A stretch of DNA of 63,985 bases, filler included, from an uncultured Methanosarcinales archaeon (GTDB lineage: Archaea; Nanobdellota; Nanobdellia; Woesearchaeales; CAZKBD01), in the NCBI GenBank assembly GCA_964550945.1. It is 7 parts of 7 records of this genome, joined end to end, with 100 filler letters (N's around TTAATTAATTAA, not from the genome) between each part and the next. Parts side by side here need not be neighbours in the genome. Positions count along the whole stretch, not along the records: positions 20,847 to 30,772 come from CAZKBD010000070.1; positions 30,873 to 40,771 come from CAZKBD010000071.1; 5 more parts are not named here. One strand, 5' to 3'. The position numbers and the translations under genes are program-made. Positions 27,847-39,137 of the stretch are shown piece by piece (positions within the stretch are counted from its first letter, which is position 1; each line of letters opens with the position of its first letter). The notes under the pieces are model-generated. The model was not told the DNA's origin and searched no databases. It saw nothing but the letters and a program-made list of their open reading frames with translations.

Positions 27847-29154
27847 CTAGCTTAAATCTACTTGAATGTGTTTAGCAAGCAAAGGATGTTTTTCTTTTAT
27901 GATTAGATACATCTGCTGCGCTATTTTTCTGTAACTCTCATGGCCTTGCTTGCTGCTCCTCAGCTTGATGAAATGGAATAATTCTCTCAAGTTCATTGTT
28001 ATCAGGAATCTTTTTTTGTAAGCCATTGGGATAATATACTGGGCTTCTTTTGGGTTTTTTAGCCTAATTTTTTCATAAGCTTGTTTTGCTCTTGACATGC
28101 ATTCCTTGAAATTATCCAAAAGGCCAGATTCTTTTATTTCATTCGGAATGCTAAACCCCTTTTCAACATTAAATTCCTGATTTGTCTGGGTGCACATCCT
28201 GTGCCTCTGGACATCCCTAAAAGCACCATAGTCCATAAGAACATCAAAAGTGTAATAGATATGCTCTAACTCTCTAAAAGGGATATCAAAGCTGCCTAAT
28301 CTTTTCAATGATCCTTCAATTATTTCTTTGTTTAGTTTTATTTGGCTGTAAGGCAGATTAGAAAATCGGTATTGCAATGCTATTGCCAGCTTTTCTTCAG
28401 CGTTTTCATCATAATCAACTAAGATCACATCCTTGTCTGCATTATTGGGCAATTTACTTGCTGCAAATCTTGCCATGGCTTTTTCTGTTTCGATCAGATA
28501 TTCATTTGGCTTAGCGTATTTTATCAGAGTGGGAGTGATTTCTAAAGCTGCTTTTTTGATCTCTTCTCCAATTTCATTTATTTCTTTTAATTGGTTAGAG
28601 AGCATCTTTATGATAGCGTGCTCTAATGCTCTTGCATTTATGGTCATGCCCAAATTTGTCTGGGTGGAAACAGGGAGAATATACCTTGAGACATCGAGAG
28701 CTTTGTTTTTTATCTCAACTTCAGTTAATCCAGGGTATTTTTTTTTGAAAAAAAGCAATAATGTTTCGTATACCTCTTTGTATTTTTCAAATAGAAAATC
28801 GCATGTTTTAAGGTATAGCTCTTGCTCATCTATTTTAGGGGTATAATAACAATCATTATCAAATAGCTGGTATCGAGAGGATTTTTCTGTGAAAGATGCT
28901 AAACGGTTATCTTCTATCACTTTTGTAGCCAGGATGGAAACATTTTCTATTGCCAAAGAAATCACGGCGTGCTCTGCAACAGAGCTGTGGCCATAGCCAA
29001 CAACCCATTTTTCATGGAATTTTCTGCTTTTGTCTTCATTAAGCTCTGCAGCTATCTTATCAAACGGCTCCGGGCTTCTGGAGCATTTGGCAAATGTAAC
29101 TGCATTTACTTCAGGCGGATAGTCCTTTAGTGCGTAGATTCTTCTTTGTTTCAT
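27847..29154 (-). CDS. thyX: FAD-dependent thymidylate synthase, tandem-domain form
   Basis: GHSSVAEH, EKSSRY, RDVQRHR and MNLRELFHFIKLR; two Thy1-like halves. Confidence 0.88.
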   Translation of the reverse strand: MKQRRIYALKDYPPEVNAVTFAKCSRSPEPFDKIAAELNEDKSRKFHEKWVVGYGHSSVAEHAVISLAIENVSILATKVIEDNRLASFTEKSSRYQLFDNDCYYTPKIDEQELYLKTCDFLFEKYKEVYETLLLFFKKKYPGLTEVEIKNKALDVSRYILPVSTQTNLGMTINARALEHAIIKMLSNQLKEINEIGEEIKKAALEITPTLIKYAKPNEYLIETEKAMARFAASKLPNNADKDVILVDYDENAEEKLAIALQYRFSNLPYSQIKLNKEIIEGSLKRLGSFDIPFRELEHIYYTFDVLMDYGAFRDVQRHRMCTQTNQEFNVEKGFSIPNEIKESGLLDNFKECMSRAKQAYEKIRLKNPKEAQYIIPMAYKKRFLITMNLRELFHFIKLRSSKQGHESYRKIAQQMYLIIKEKHPLLAKHIQVDLS

Positions 29155-29378
29155 TTCCCCCAGAAAAAATAAGCATAGATAGTTTATATAGTTTTTGATT
29201 AAAGATAAGTTGGGTATAATTCCGTAATTGGTTTACACTTCTGATGTATTCGTTATTATTCAGCATCCTTACGGACTCTTAGGATTCCCTGCAATCCTTG
29301 AAAAATGTTCTCCTTCTTTAATCTCGATGTCTGGATAATAGACAAAAGCATAGCTGTTGCATTTGCTCCCTAGATTTT

Positions 29379-30772
29379 CTATTTAACACACCAGCTATAT
29401 GTATTATCCCTACTGCAGCTCTCTGTTTTAATTGTTTCAAGCTCTGTCTTTAAATCTTCAACTTCTGTTTTCAAATCTTGGATAAACAGGATGTTAGCAG
29501 CAGCAACATCATCATAATCTACTGAAGGATATGCCTTTTCATCTATTATTGCCTGTTTGGTTGAATTAACCTCAATGTAATTGCCTTCTCCATCCATTAT
29601 TATGCTTGTCTCATTAACTTCGCCATATATAGGAACCTTGATATCATAGACAACCTTAGGCAATAATGGCTGCACATCTTCTGCAATTAATCCAATCCTT
29701 TCTTTGCTGTCACCCTTAAAGTTATAGATAACCGGGTTTAGCTTTAAATAGTTTTCCCAAAGGGCAGCATTAATTGTAATATTTTGTATATTTTCCTTAA
29801 AAGCCTTTGAAGATGAGCAGCTTGACAATACTCCCCCATTAATGCATAAGTCAGTAGCAGATGCAGCTGCTAAGCTTGTTACATTTATCTGTCCGACAAC
29901 AGTAAGCGCTTGTGCTGGCGAGGTAGTTCCTATTCCTACATTACCTGTAGATGTTATTCTCATCCTTTCGCCAACAGCTACAGAGTCAGCACCATTATCA
30001 GTTGCCTTTGTTGAAAAAACAATGTCAGTAGGAACATAGCCTTGTGTAAGGTCACCATTTACTATAAATCCGATGTTAGCACCATGAAAATATTCAGATC
30101 CGTTATATCCTCTTGCAAATATTCCCCCTATTTTATCTGCATCATTTACTGCAGTTGGGGCATTTTTTGTTCCTCTGCCCTTATCAAATTTAATTATTCC
30201 TCCAACTGCTGTACTAAAATGTTCTGAAATAGTAAGCCCTCTTATTGCAGCTATTCCAGTCTCATCAGAAATATCTAGTTGAGTAGATGGGCGTGATGTT
30301 CCAATCCCTACTTTTCCAGAAGAATTAACAAACAGGAAAGTGTTGGAAGCGTTTGTTATGTTTAGTAGAGAGCCATTGCCTTGAATGTGGAGCTTGACTA
30401 AGGGGTTAGTTGTGCCTATTCCTACCTTTGTATTTATAGAAGAGTTATATAAGATATTATTGCCTGAAGCCCATGCTAAAGTATATCCAGTTTCTCCTCT
30501 GTCAACTTTCTTTCCTAATGTTGTGTTTAAAGTAGAGATGTTTGTTAAGAGGTTAGTTCTGTTTAAGTTGATTGAGCTTCTAATGTTAGTTGAGTTAGAG
30601 CTTATCTCTGCCCTTACTTTGGTGATGTTGTTATCTATTGAAGTTCTTGTATTAGTTATGTTTTGTGCTAATCCAATGTTTATCTCGTTTAATGCTGTTG
30701 AAGTTAATATTCCGCTTAATCCAGAGCCATCGCCATAGAAATTTGTTGCATTAACATCTCCATCAACAGCTA
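29379..30772 (-). CDS. Tail-fibre-like protein with C-terminal intramolecular chaperone (peptidase S74-like) domain, 5' truncated
   Basis: Frame stays open upstream of 29963 (FYGDGSGLSG, three VGIGT repeats); SSSKAFKENI...LNPVIYNFK...GLIAEDV...VDY motif. Confidence 0.8.
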
Positions 30773-30872
30773 NNNNNNNNNNNNNNNNNNNNNNNNNNNN
30801 NNNNNNNNNNNNNNNNTTAATTAATTAANNNNNNNNNNNNNNNNNNNNNNNNNNNNNNNNNNNNNNNNNNNN
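30773..30872. other. Artificial contig linker
   Basis: N44-TTAATTAATTAA-N44. Confidence 0.98.
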
Positions 30873-30936
30873 GTTAAAACCCCTTGAGCGTGCGCATTAG
30901 CGATTTCTGACATGTCAAAAAGAAGATTGGATTTCA

Positions 30937-30976
30937 GCCACCAGTTAAAAACTGGTGGAAAATTTCTGACATTTTA
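30937..30976. repeat. Dispersed repeat shared with 9081-9121
   Basis: GCCACCAGT...TGGAAAATTTCTGACATTTTA in both; this copy forms the hairpin CCACCAGTT-AAA-AACTGGTGG. Confidence 0.8.
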
Positions 30977-31059
30977 AAATAATAAATTATCACCAACTAA
31001 TTTTCTAAGCGAACAATACTTTGTATACGAGAACTCATTAATAGCTAGTTAACAGTTGA

Positions 31060-31272
31060 TTATTTAGCAGCTAACTTTATGTCTTCTTCCAAGACGGTTT
31101 TTCTGCCGGAGTGCTTTGCAATTCTTGACGACTGTATTGCGATTCTTTCTGTAAGCTCCCTAATGGCTTCTGCAAATGCATCAACAGCTCCCTGAGAGAC
31201 CCTTTTAGCACCGGACTTAAGAAGAATCCTTGCGACTGGTGCTTTGGGTATTATAGTTATATTCCTTGCCAT
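31060..31272 (-). CDS. Archaeal histone
   Basis: IPKAPVARIL...GAKRVS...AKHSGRKTV..EDI histone fold. Confidence 0.93.
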   Translation of the reverse strand: MARNITIIPKAPVARILLKSGAKRVSQGAVDAFAEAIRELTERIAIQSSRIAKHSGRKTVLEEDIKLAAK

Positions 31273-31479
31273 TAGAAAATGTCCCCTTAGTCTTTGTGGG
31301 CAATTACTAACAACGCTTGTTTATAAATCTTTCGATTTTAAAATAAAAATAGTAAAATTTATAAAGAGGTGGTCATACCTTGCCTTAATGCGTGAACAAT
31401 CCTTCTGTAGCTGAAAAACTATCACATAGTACTTTTTAGAACTATAGGGGGATTGCTATGGCATAAATCATCGAAAAAT

Positions 31480-31603
31480 GCCCTGGTAGTGTAGTTGGTT
31501 TATCATGAAGCCCTGTCGATGATTTTAAATAAAAAAACAGCAAAAAGGCTTCGACCCGGGTTCAAAAACGTCTATTTTGGGCTTGGAAATCCCGGCCAGG
31601 GCG
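31480..31603 (+). tRNA. tRNA-Asp(GTC) with two introns
   Basis: GCCCTGG/CCAGGGC acceptor, AAGCC/GGCTT anticodon stem, GTC at 31515-31517; 27-nt intron at 37/38 and about 23-nt insertion in the T-loop. Confidence 0.88.
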
Positions 31604-31606
31604 TAA

Positions 31607-31628
31607 ATTGGCCGAATCTTCGGCCAAT
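31607..31628. other. Perfect inverted repeat in the tRNA spacer
   Basis: ATTGGCCGAA-TC-TTCGGCCAAT. Confidence 0.75.
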
Positions 31629-31630
31629 AT

Positions 31631-31757
31631 GGGCCGGTAGCTCAGCCTGGTACTTACCAAGTGGGTAATAGAGCACCTGGGCATTAGTATTGCGGTGAAA
31701 CTTTTAATCAGGTGGTCGCGAGTTCGAAAAAAAAGCTCGAAAGTCTCGTCCGGCCCG
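31631..31757 (+). tRNA. tRNA-Lys(TTT) with three introns
   Basis: GGGCCGG/CCGGCCC acceptor; removing 18, 20 and 15 nt (D-loop, anticodon stem, T-loop) gives a canonical 74-nt cloverleaf with loop CTTTTAA. Confidence 0.85.
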
Positions 31758-31766
31758 CTTTTTAAC

Positions 31767-32009
31767 ATGAAGAAAAAAATATTCATAAAAGAGCATGTTT
31801 TGGTGCCAAAGCATGTAAAGTGCAGCGCAAAAGAAAAGGAAGAGCTGCTGAAAAAGTATAATATCACTATCAACGAACTACCTAAAATAAAAAAGAGTGA
31901 CCAAGCTATTTCGCAGCTGGATGCCAAGCCAGGTGATGTTATCAAGATAATCAGAAAAAGCCCAACAGCTGATGAAGCATTATTCTATAGGTGCGTAGTA
32001 AATGTATAA
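31767..32009 (+). CDS. rpoH: RNA polymerase subunit H (Rpo5)
   Basis: HVLVPKH, LPKI..SD and GDVIKIIRKSPTA motifs. Confidence 0.95.
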   Translation: MKKKIFIKEHVLVPKHVKCSAKEKEELLKKYNITINELPKIKKSDQAISQLDAKPGDVIKIIRKSPTADEALFYRCVVNV

Positions 32010-33483
32010 ATACTCCAAAACTCTAATTAAAAAATATTTTGAAGAACAAAGTTTTGTTCAGGCTAATATTGAGAGCTTCAACAATTTCATGGAAAAGGAG
32101 CTTCAGGCAATTGTTGAAGAAAACAAAGAGATAATTCCTACAATAATTCCGCATAATGTTGATGATTTCAAGATAAGGTTTGATAAAATTTGGGTCACTA
32201 AGCCAGAGATCACTGAAGCAGACGGAAGCAAAAGGAAGATATTCCCCATTGAAGCCAGATTAAGGAAGATAACTTATGCTGCTCCTACATTTATTGAAGT
32301 TAGCGCCCATATAAATGATGTCCAGCGCGAATCATTCACAACACAGATCGCAAATTTGCCAATTATGCTAAAGAGCAAGTATTGCCATCTTAACAAATTA
32401 ACCAGGGAGGAGATTATCCAAAAAGGAGAAGATCCTGATGATCCTGGCGGCTACTTCATAATCAACGGCACAGAGAAGGTAATAATCAGCATCGAGGATT
32501 TGGCAGCGAACAAGCTATTGATTGACAAATCAGGTGTAGGAGAGTATAAAGCAAAACTATTTTCTGAGAGGGGATCTTTCAAAATTCCGCATACCCTTGA
32601 GAGGATGAAGGATGGCATTTTCTATTTGACATTCACAAGAGTGAAAAGAATCCCTATAGTGGTGATAATAAAAGCCCTTGGCTTACTGAAAGATGAAGAG
32701 ATAATAAGGGCGGTTTCAATAGACAGAACTTATGATGAGATGATTATCAACCTGATGGGCTCTGTTGAGATTAAATCACAGGATGAAGCACTTGACTATA
32801 TTGCTAAAAAGATTGGCATAACCCAGTCAAAAGAAGTCAGGACTGAGCGAATGAGGGAAATCCTTGACAAATACCTGTTGCCCCATCTTGGAATTGAAGC
32901 TAAGGATAGAATTTTCAAGGCTTATAACTTATGCAAAATGCTAAAGAAATACATCAAGGTTTCCAATGGTGAGCTTGAGCTGGATGACAAAGACCATTAT
33001 ATGAACAAGAGGCTAAAATTGAGCGGAGACCTTCTGGCAGATTTATTAAGAGTCAATCTAAAAGTCTTGATTAGCGACTTATTATATAATTTCCAAAGGA
33101 TTGTCAAAAGAGGGAAATTCCCTTCAATAAAAGTCATTATCAGAGACAAGCTGCTTACATCAAGAATATATTCTTCAATGGCTACTGGAGCTTGGGTGGG
33201 AGGAAGGAAAGGAATAAGCCAAAGAATTCAGCGCCTAAATTATCTTGAAACATTATCCCATTTACAAAGGGTAGTCAGCCCATTATCCGCTTCACAGGAG
33301 AACTTTGAGGCTAGAGAACTTCATGCAACTCATCTTGGAAGGCTATGCCCAATTGAAACGCCAGAGGGAACCAATATCGGCTTAAGAAAAAATCTCGCAT
33401 TATTGTGCTCTATATCAAATGAAGGTTCAGAAGAGGAAACACTAAAAATATTAAAAAGCAGAGGTCTAAAGACAATAATCTAA
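32002..33483 (+). CDS. rpoB2: RNA polymerase subunit B'' (Rpo2N)
   Basis: DPGGYFIINGTEK and GRLCPIETPEG motifs. Confidence 0.95.
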   Translation: MYKYSKTLIKKYFEEQSFVQANIESFNNFMEKELQAIVEENKEIIPTIIPHNVDDFKIRFDKIWVTKPEITEADGSKRKIFPIEARLRKITYAAPTFIEVSAHINDVQRESFTTQIANLPIMLKSKYCHLNKLTREEIIQKGEDPDDPGGYFIINGTEKVIISIEDLAANKLLIDKSGVGEYKAKLFSERGSFKIPHTLERMKDGIFYLTFTRVKRIPIVVIIKALGLLKDEEIIRAVSIDRTYDEMIINLMGSVEIKSQDEALDYIAKKIGITQSKEVRTERMREILDKYLLPHLGIEAKDRIFKAYNLCKMLKKYIKVSNGELELDDKDHYMNKRLKLSGDLLADLLRVNLKVLISDLLYNFQRIVKRGKFPSIKVIIRDKLLTSRIYSSMATGAWVGGRKGISQRIQRLNYLETLSHLQRVVSPLSASQENFEARELHATHLGRLCPIETPEGTNIGLRKNLALLCSISNEGSEEETLKILKSRGLKTII

Positions 33484-33484
33484 A

Positions 33485-35290
33485 ATGGCAACTGATGTTT
33501 ACCTAAATAGCAGGTTTGTCGGAACAGTAGAAGATCATGAAAATTTCATGAAAAAAATTGTTGAGGACAGAAGAGCAGGGAATCTTACAAATAACATCAA
33601 TGTGTATTATGATGATAAATCTAATGAGATTTACATTGAGAACTCAAAAGGCAGGGCAAGGAGGCCATTAATAATAGTAAAGGACGGCCAGCCTTTGCTT
33701 ACAGAAAAACATATCAAGCAACTTGAGAAGAACGAGATATCGTGGTCTGATTTAATCAAGCAAGGAGTGATAGAGTATATTGATGCTGCAGAAGAAGAGA
33801 ATTTGTTTGTTGCGTTCTTTGAGAAGGACCTTACTAAAGAGCATACGCATCTTGAATTAACGCCATTAGCAATGTTCGGATTGGCAACCAGCTTAGTCCC
33901 ATATGCTAATTTCAACCAGAGCACAAGGCTTAATGCTGGATCTAAAAACCAGAAGCAAGCACTTGGGTTTTATGTTTCTAATTATTCAGTAAGAATGGAT
34001 ATGGATGTGAATTTGCTTTATGAACCGCAAGTTCCAATTGTGCAATCAATAATGCATGATATATCTGGCTATGAGAACCATCCTGCTGGCCAGAATATTG
34101 TTGTGGCAATAATGAGCTACAAAGGATATAATATGGAAGATGCTATCATATTGAATAAAGGCTCAATTGACAGGGGCCTAGGAAGAAGCTGTTATTACAG
34201 GCCAAGTGTTGCAGAAGAGTTAAGATATGCGGGCGGCTTAGTTGATGAAATCAGCATTCCAGACAAAGATGTTAAAGGATACAAAAGCGAGAAAGATTAT
34301 AGATTTTTAGAAGAAGATGGCATGATTTATGCAGAAGCCAAAGTTAAGGAAGAAGATGTGATCATTGGCAAAACTTCTCCTCCAAGATTCTTATCCAGCC
34401 TTGAAGAATACAGTTTAGCTTCATCAAGCAGAAGAGAAAGCTCTGTTTCTTTGAAACATGGCGAGGAAGGCGTTATTGATTTTGTTATGGTAACTGAAAA
34501 TGAAGAAGGAAATAAATTAGTTCAGGTAAGGATAAGGGATGAAAGGATCCCTGAGATTGGAGATAAATTTACCAGCAGGCATGGCCAAAAAGGAGTTGTC
34601 GGGCTGATTGTACCTGAAGCTGATATGCCATTCAGCTCTTCTGGAATTGTACCGGATCTTATCTTTTCATCCCATGGAATACCCTCAAGAATGACAATAA
34701 GCCATTTAATTGAGTTGGTTGCTGGCAAGGTTGGCGCGTTGAATTCAAGATATATCAATGGCACAACATTTGATGCAGAGCCAGAAGAAAGATTAAGAAA
34801 AGAGTTATTAAGCTTAGGCTTTAAAGAGAATGGAACAGAAACATTCTACAACGGCCAGACTGGTGAGCAGTTTGAATCAAAGATATATGTAGGGAATATG
34901 TACTATTTGAAGCTAAAGCATATGGTCGCAAATAAAATACATTCGAGGGCAAGAGGCCCAATACAGCTATTGACAAGACAGCCAACTGAAGGCAGGGCAA
35001 AAGAAGGGGGCTTAAGGTTAGGAGAGATGGAAAAAGACACTTTTGTTGCTCATGGCGCTGCATTATTGCTAAAGGAGAGGTTTGATTCGGACAAGACTGT
35101 TGTGCCTGTTTGTGAAAACTGCGGAATTGTTGCTATAAGAGATGAGTTCAAGGAGAGAAGCTATTGCCCAATCTGCGGAGAAGGTGTTGAGATAACCGAT
35201 GTTGAGATCAGCTATGCATTCAAATTAATACTCGATGAGTTCAAATCATTATGCATCTATCCAAAATTAACCTTGGAGAGTAAATATTAA
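33485..35290 (+). CDS. rpoB1: RNA polymerase subunit B' (Rpo2C)
   Basis: GDKFTSRHGQKG, RQPTEGRAKEGGLRLGEME and C-terminal zinc finger. Confidence 0.95.
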   Translation: MATDVYLNSRFVGTVEDHENFMKKIVEDRRAGNLTNNINVYYDDKSNEIYIENSKGRARRPLIIVKDGQPLLTEKHIKQLEKNEISWSDLIKQGVIEYIDAAEEENLFVAFFEKDLTKEHTHLELTPLAMFGLATSLVPYANFNQSTRLNAGSKNQKQALGFYVSNYSVRMDMDVNLLYEPQVPIVQSIMHDISGYENHPAGQNIVVAIMSYKGYNMEDAIILNKGSIDRGLGRSCYYRPSVAEELRYAGGLVDEISIPDKDVKGYKSEKDYRFLEEDGMIYAEAKVKEEDVIIGKTSPPRFLSSLEEYSLASSSRRESSVSLKHGEEGVIDFVMVTENEEGNKLVQVRIRDERIPEIGDKFTSRHGQKGVVGLIVPEADMPFSSSGIVPDLIFSSHGIPSRMTISHLIELVAGKVGALNSRYINGTTFDAEPEERLRKELLSLGFKENGTETFYNGQTGEQFESKIYVGNMYYLKLKHMVANKIHSRARGPIQLLTRQPTEGRAKEGGLRLGEMEKDTFVAHGAALLLKERFDSDKTVVPVCENCGIVAIRDEFKERSYCPICGEGVEITDVEISYAFKLILDEFKSLCIYPKLTLESKY

Positions 35291-35304
35291 TAGTATTAAT
35301 AAAA

Positions 35305-38001
35305 ATGACTGAAGAAAAAGAAGCTAAAAAAGCTGAAGCGGCAAAGGCAGAAGAGAAGCCAGCTAAAGAAGAAAAGCCTAGAATTGAATTTCAGGAGAGA
35401 TATATCTACAAGCAAGTAAGTGGCCTTGTTTTTTCTGTTTTCTCTCCGAAGATTATCAAGAAGATGGCTTCTGCAAAAGTTGTGACTCCTGAGCTTTATG
35501 ATAAAGAAGGCTATCCTGTTGACGGCGGCTTGATGGACATAAGGCTGGGAGTGATTGATCCTGGGCTGAAATGCAAAACCTGCGGCTCTAAGCTCAAGGA
35601 ATGCATTGGGCATTTTGGATATATTGAGCTAGCCAGGCCGGTTATTCATGTTAAATTTGTCAATATCATAATGGATCTCTTAAAATCCACTTGCAGAGAT
35701 TGCGGAAGAGTATTGATACCAGACAATAAAATACAGAAGGCAAAAGAGCAGCTTGATATTATCGAGAAGGAGCAAGGCACAGAAGAAAGAAGAAAAGCTG
35801 TTAAGGATGTTATTGCGGGCCTGAAAACAATTAACAAATGCCCCTACTGCAAAGCAAGGCAGCAGAAGATAACTTTAGAAAAGCCCACAACTTATTTAGA
35901 GAATGAAAAAAGAATCAGCCCAATAGAGATAAGAACAAGGCTGGAAAAGGTTACGGATGATGATTGCATTATCTTTGGCTTAAATCCTAAATTTGTAAGG
36001 CCGGAATGGATGGTATTAACCGTATTGCCTATCCCTCCAGTAACGATGAGGCCTTCAATCACTCTTGAATCCGGTGAGCGCTCTGAGGATGATTTAACGC
36101 ATAAGTTGGGGGATATTGTAAGGATAAACCAGAGATTATTTGAGAATATAAATGCAGGAGCGCCAGAGATAATTATTGAAGATTTATGGGATTTATTGCA
36201 ATACCACGTGACAACTTTCTTTGATAATAATGTTGCCCAATTACCACCAGCAAGACATCGCTCAGGACAACCATTGAAGACAATAACTGAGAGAATAAAA
36301 AGCAAGGAAGGCCGCATCAGGCACAATTTAGCAGGAAAAAGGACAAACTTTTGCGCCAGGACTGTCATCAGCCCAGACCCAATGCTTAACTTAAATGAAG
36401 TTGGCGTGCCACAAATAATAGCATTGAAATTAACTGTTCCTGAAAGAGTAAACGAATGGAATATTGCTTATCTTAAAAAATTTGTTGAGAATGGCCCTGG
36501 CAAATATCCTGGAGCAAATTATATCATAAGGCCAGATGGGAAAAAGAAAAAGATAACTGAAGAGACAAAAGAAGCAAGCTATGAAGAGATCCAGCCAGGA
36601 TATATTGTCGAGAGGCATTTGATGGATGGAGACCTCGCTATATTTAACAGGCAGCCAAGCCTGCACAGGATGTCAATGATGTGCCATAGAGTAAGAGTAT
36701 TGCCTGGCAAGACATTAAGGCTTAATCCTGCAGTATGCCATCCTTATAACGCAGATTTTGATGGAGATGAGATGAATTTGCATATTCCTCAGACAGAAGA
36801 GGCAAGGGCAGAAGCTGAGATTTTGATGGAAGTCCAAACACAGCTGATCAGCCCAAGATACGGCTTAAGCATAATTGGCTGTGTTCAGGATGCGATCTCT
36901 GGAAACTATTTACTAACCAAAGATAAGACTGAGCTAAAGAAAGAAGGAGCGATAGATATCTTAACTGCTATCGGAGTTACTGATTTATCCAAACTTCCAA
37001 GAAAGGAAAAAATTAAAGGCAAAGAGTTATTTTCTGTTTTAATACCTGATGATTTCAATTTCACTGGAAGGTCAAGGCATTATGACTCTAATCTCGACAA
37101 AAAAGCAAACACTGAAAGAGATGCATATGTAGTAATAAAAGACGGAATTCTTATTTCTGGTGTAATGGACAGGAATAATCTAGGAGAAGGCTCTGGTTTG
37201 CTGCTTAGGAATATCCACAAGAAATATGGCAAAGCATTCACGATTGACCTGCTGGGCAAACTATTCAGGCTAGGGATAGAATATCTACTTAGAATAGGAT
37301 TTTCAACTGCCATTTCAGATACAGACCTGCCAGAAGAGGCAAAATTGAATATTAAGGAAGTTATGACAGAAGCAGAAAAGGAGGTTAGTGAGCTTATTAA
37401 TCTTTACTACAATAATAAAATGGAAACATTCCCAGGAAAAACACTTAGCGAGACAGTAGAGCTAAAGATATTGGAAGTGTTAAATAGGGCAAGAAATGTG
37501 ACTGGCCAGTTAGTTTCAAAACATTCCTCTCAAAATTCTCCTACAAAGATAATGGCGGATTCTGGCGCTAGAGGAAATCTCCTTAATTTAGCTCAGATGG
37601 CTGCATGTGTTGGCCAGCAAGCTATGAGGGGCAAGAGAATTGAAAAGGGTTATAGAGGAAGAACATTATCTTGTTTCAAGAGAGGGGACTTAAGCTCAGA
37701 CGCGCATGGGTTTATCAAGAGCGGCTTCAAGAACGGATTATCGCCGCATGAATTTTTCTTTGGGTCTATCACAGGCAGAGATTCGCTGATGGATACTGCG
37801 CTAAGAACGCCAAAATCAGGATATCTTTATAGAAGACTGGCAAATGCATTGCAAGATCTCAAGGTGGAATATGACCATACTGTAAGAGATGCTTCTGGCA
37901 AGATAGTACAATTTGAATATGGCGAGGACAGGATAGATGTCTCAAAATCAGAAGGCGGCATTGTAAATGTCAGAAGAATACTAAAAACAGTAGGTGTGTA
38001 A
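35305..38001 (+). CDS. rpoA1: RNA polymerase subunit A' (Rpo1N)
   Basis: Catalytic [11 protein letters not shown] motif; bridge helix. Confidence 0.97.
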   Translation: MTEEKEAKKAEAAKAEEKPAKEEKPRIEFQERYIYKQVSGLVFSVFSPKIIKKMASAKVVTPELYDKEGYPVDGGLMDIRLGVIDPGLKCKTCGSKLKECIGHFGYIELARPVIHVKFVNIIMDLLKSTCRDCGRVLIPDNKIQKAKEQLDIIEKEQGTEERRKAVKDVIAGLKTINKCPYCKARQQKITLEKPTTYLENEKRISPIEIRTRLEKVTDDDCIIFGLNPKFVRPEWMVLTVLPIPPVTMRPSITLESGERSEDDLTHKLGDIVRINQRLFENINAGAPEIIIEDLWDLLQYHVTTFFDNNVAQLPPARHRSGQPLKTITERIKSKEGRIRHNLAGKRTNFCARTVISPDPMLNLNEVGVPQIIALKLTVPERVNEWNIAYLKKFVENGPGKYPGANYIIRPDGKKKKITEETKEASYEEIQPGYIVERHLMDGDLAIFNRQPSLHRMSMMCHRVRVLPGKTLRLNPAVCHPYNADFDGDEMNLHIPQTEEARAEAEILMEVQTQLISPRYGLSIIGCVQDAISGNYLLTKDKTELKKEGAIDILTAIGVTDLSKLPRKEKIKGKELFSVLIPDDFNFTGRSRHYDSNLDKKANTERDAYVVIKDGILISGVMDRNNLGEGSGLLLRNIHKKYGKAFTIDLLGKLFRLGIEYLLRIGFSTAISDTDLPEEAKLNIKEVMTEAEKEVSELINLYYNNKMETFPGKTLSETVELKILEVLNRARNVTGQLVSKHSSQNSPTKIMADSGARGNLLNLAQMAACVGQQAMRGKRIEKGYRGRTLSCFKRGDLSSDAHGFIKSGFKNGLSPHEFFFGSITGRDSLMDTALRTPKSGYLYRRLANALQDLKVEYDHTVRDASGKIVQFEYGEDRIDVSKSEGGIVNVRRILKTVGV

Positions 38002-38002
38002 T

Positions 38003-39133
38003 ATGTCAATATTTGAACAATACTCATCAAAACTACCGAAAAAGATTATTGAAGAGCTTAAGGAAAATATTCCTAAAGGCACGAATGATGCCAAGATAAA
38101 GAAGGCCATGGAAAGAACATTTGAGGAGTATGAAGATGCTACTGTTGAGCCTGGCGAGTGTGTTGGCATAATAGCTGCAGAGAGTATTGGAGAGCCTGGA
38201 ACTCAGATGACCTTGAATACATTCCACTTTGCAGGCGTTGCAGAGATGAATGTCACTATGGGTTTGCCCAGGATTATTGAGATATTGGACGGAAGGAAAG
38301 AGCTTAAGACTCCTATGATGGAGATATACCTCAAAAAGCCATTCTCAAAAGGAAAAGATATAAGAGAGCTGGCATTATCAATCAAAGAGACTAAACTAGC
38401 TGATATTGTTTCTGAATTCATCATCAAGATTGCGGAATCCAAGATTGAGGTTAAGTTAAATAAAGAGAAGATGAAAGAGCTTGGCATTACTGATATGTTA
38501 GTTTCCAAGGCTTTGCCTAAACATATCAAAGGCTATTCGATAAGCCATGATAAAGACACAATAGTCCTAAAGGCAAGGTCAAAGGAAGAAGACCTTAATG
38601 AGATTTACAAGACTAAAGAAAAGATCAAGGAAGTGCATATCAAAGGCGTTAAAGGAATTGTGCAAGTGCTTCCTGTAAAAAGAGGAGAGGAATACATAAT
38701 AATAACTGCAGGATCTAACTTGATAGATGTTTTGGAGCTAGAAGATGTTGACCAGACAAGAACCACCACAAATAATATTTTTGAGATTGGTGAAGTTCTT
38801 GGTGTTGAATCAGCAAGGCAAGCTATCATCAATGAGGTTTACAAAGTTATTGAAAGCCAAGGTCTTAATGTGGATATAAGGCATATCATGCTGGTATCAG
38901 ACACAATGTGCGCAACAGGCTCAATAAAAGGAGTTACAAGGTATGGAGTAGTTAGTGAAAAAAGCTCTGTTTTGGCCAGGGCTTCTTTTGAAACCCCAAT
39001 AAAACATATAATAAATGCTGCACTGATTGGTGAGATGGATTATCTGAATTCGGTTGTTGAGAATGTGATGATCAACCAGCCGGTTCCTGTTGGAACAGGG
39101 CTGCCAGGATTAGTAACAAAAATAAGGAAATGA
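38003..39133 (+). CDS. rpoA2: RNA polymerase subunit A'' (Rpo1C)
   Basis: [18 protein letters not shown] and ARASFET motifs. Confidence 0.96.
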   Translation: MSIFEQYSSKLPKKIIEELKENIPKGTNDAKIKKAMERTFEEYEDATVEPGECVGIIAAESIGEPGTQMTLNTFHFAGVAEMNVTMGLPRIIEILDGRKELKTPMMEIYLKKPFSKGKDIRELALSIKETKLADIVSEFIIKIAESKIEVKLNKEKMKELGITDMLVSKALPKHIKGYSISHDKDTIVLKARSKEEDLNEIYKTKEKIKEVHIKGVKGIVQVLPVKRGEEYIIITAGSNLIDVLELEDVDQTRTTTNNIFEIGEVLGVESARQAIINEVYKVIESQGLNVDIRHIMLVSDTMCATGSIKGVTRYGVVSEKSSVLARASFETPIKHIINAALIGEMDYLNSVVENVMINQPVPVGTGLPGLVTKIRK

Positions 39134-39137
39134 GAAC

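Noticed and set aside
29379..30772. Prophage
   Set aside because: No capsid, terminase, portal or integrase on the contig; neighbours are housekeeping genes
31562..31945. Minus-strand ORF and the 31695 extension of rpoH
   Set aside because: They overlap tRNA genes and rpoH; the real start is 31767
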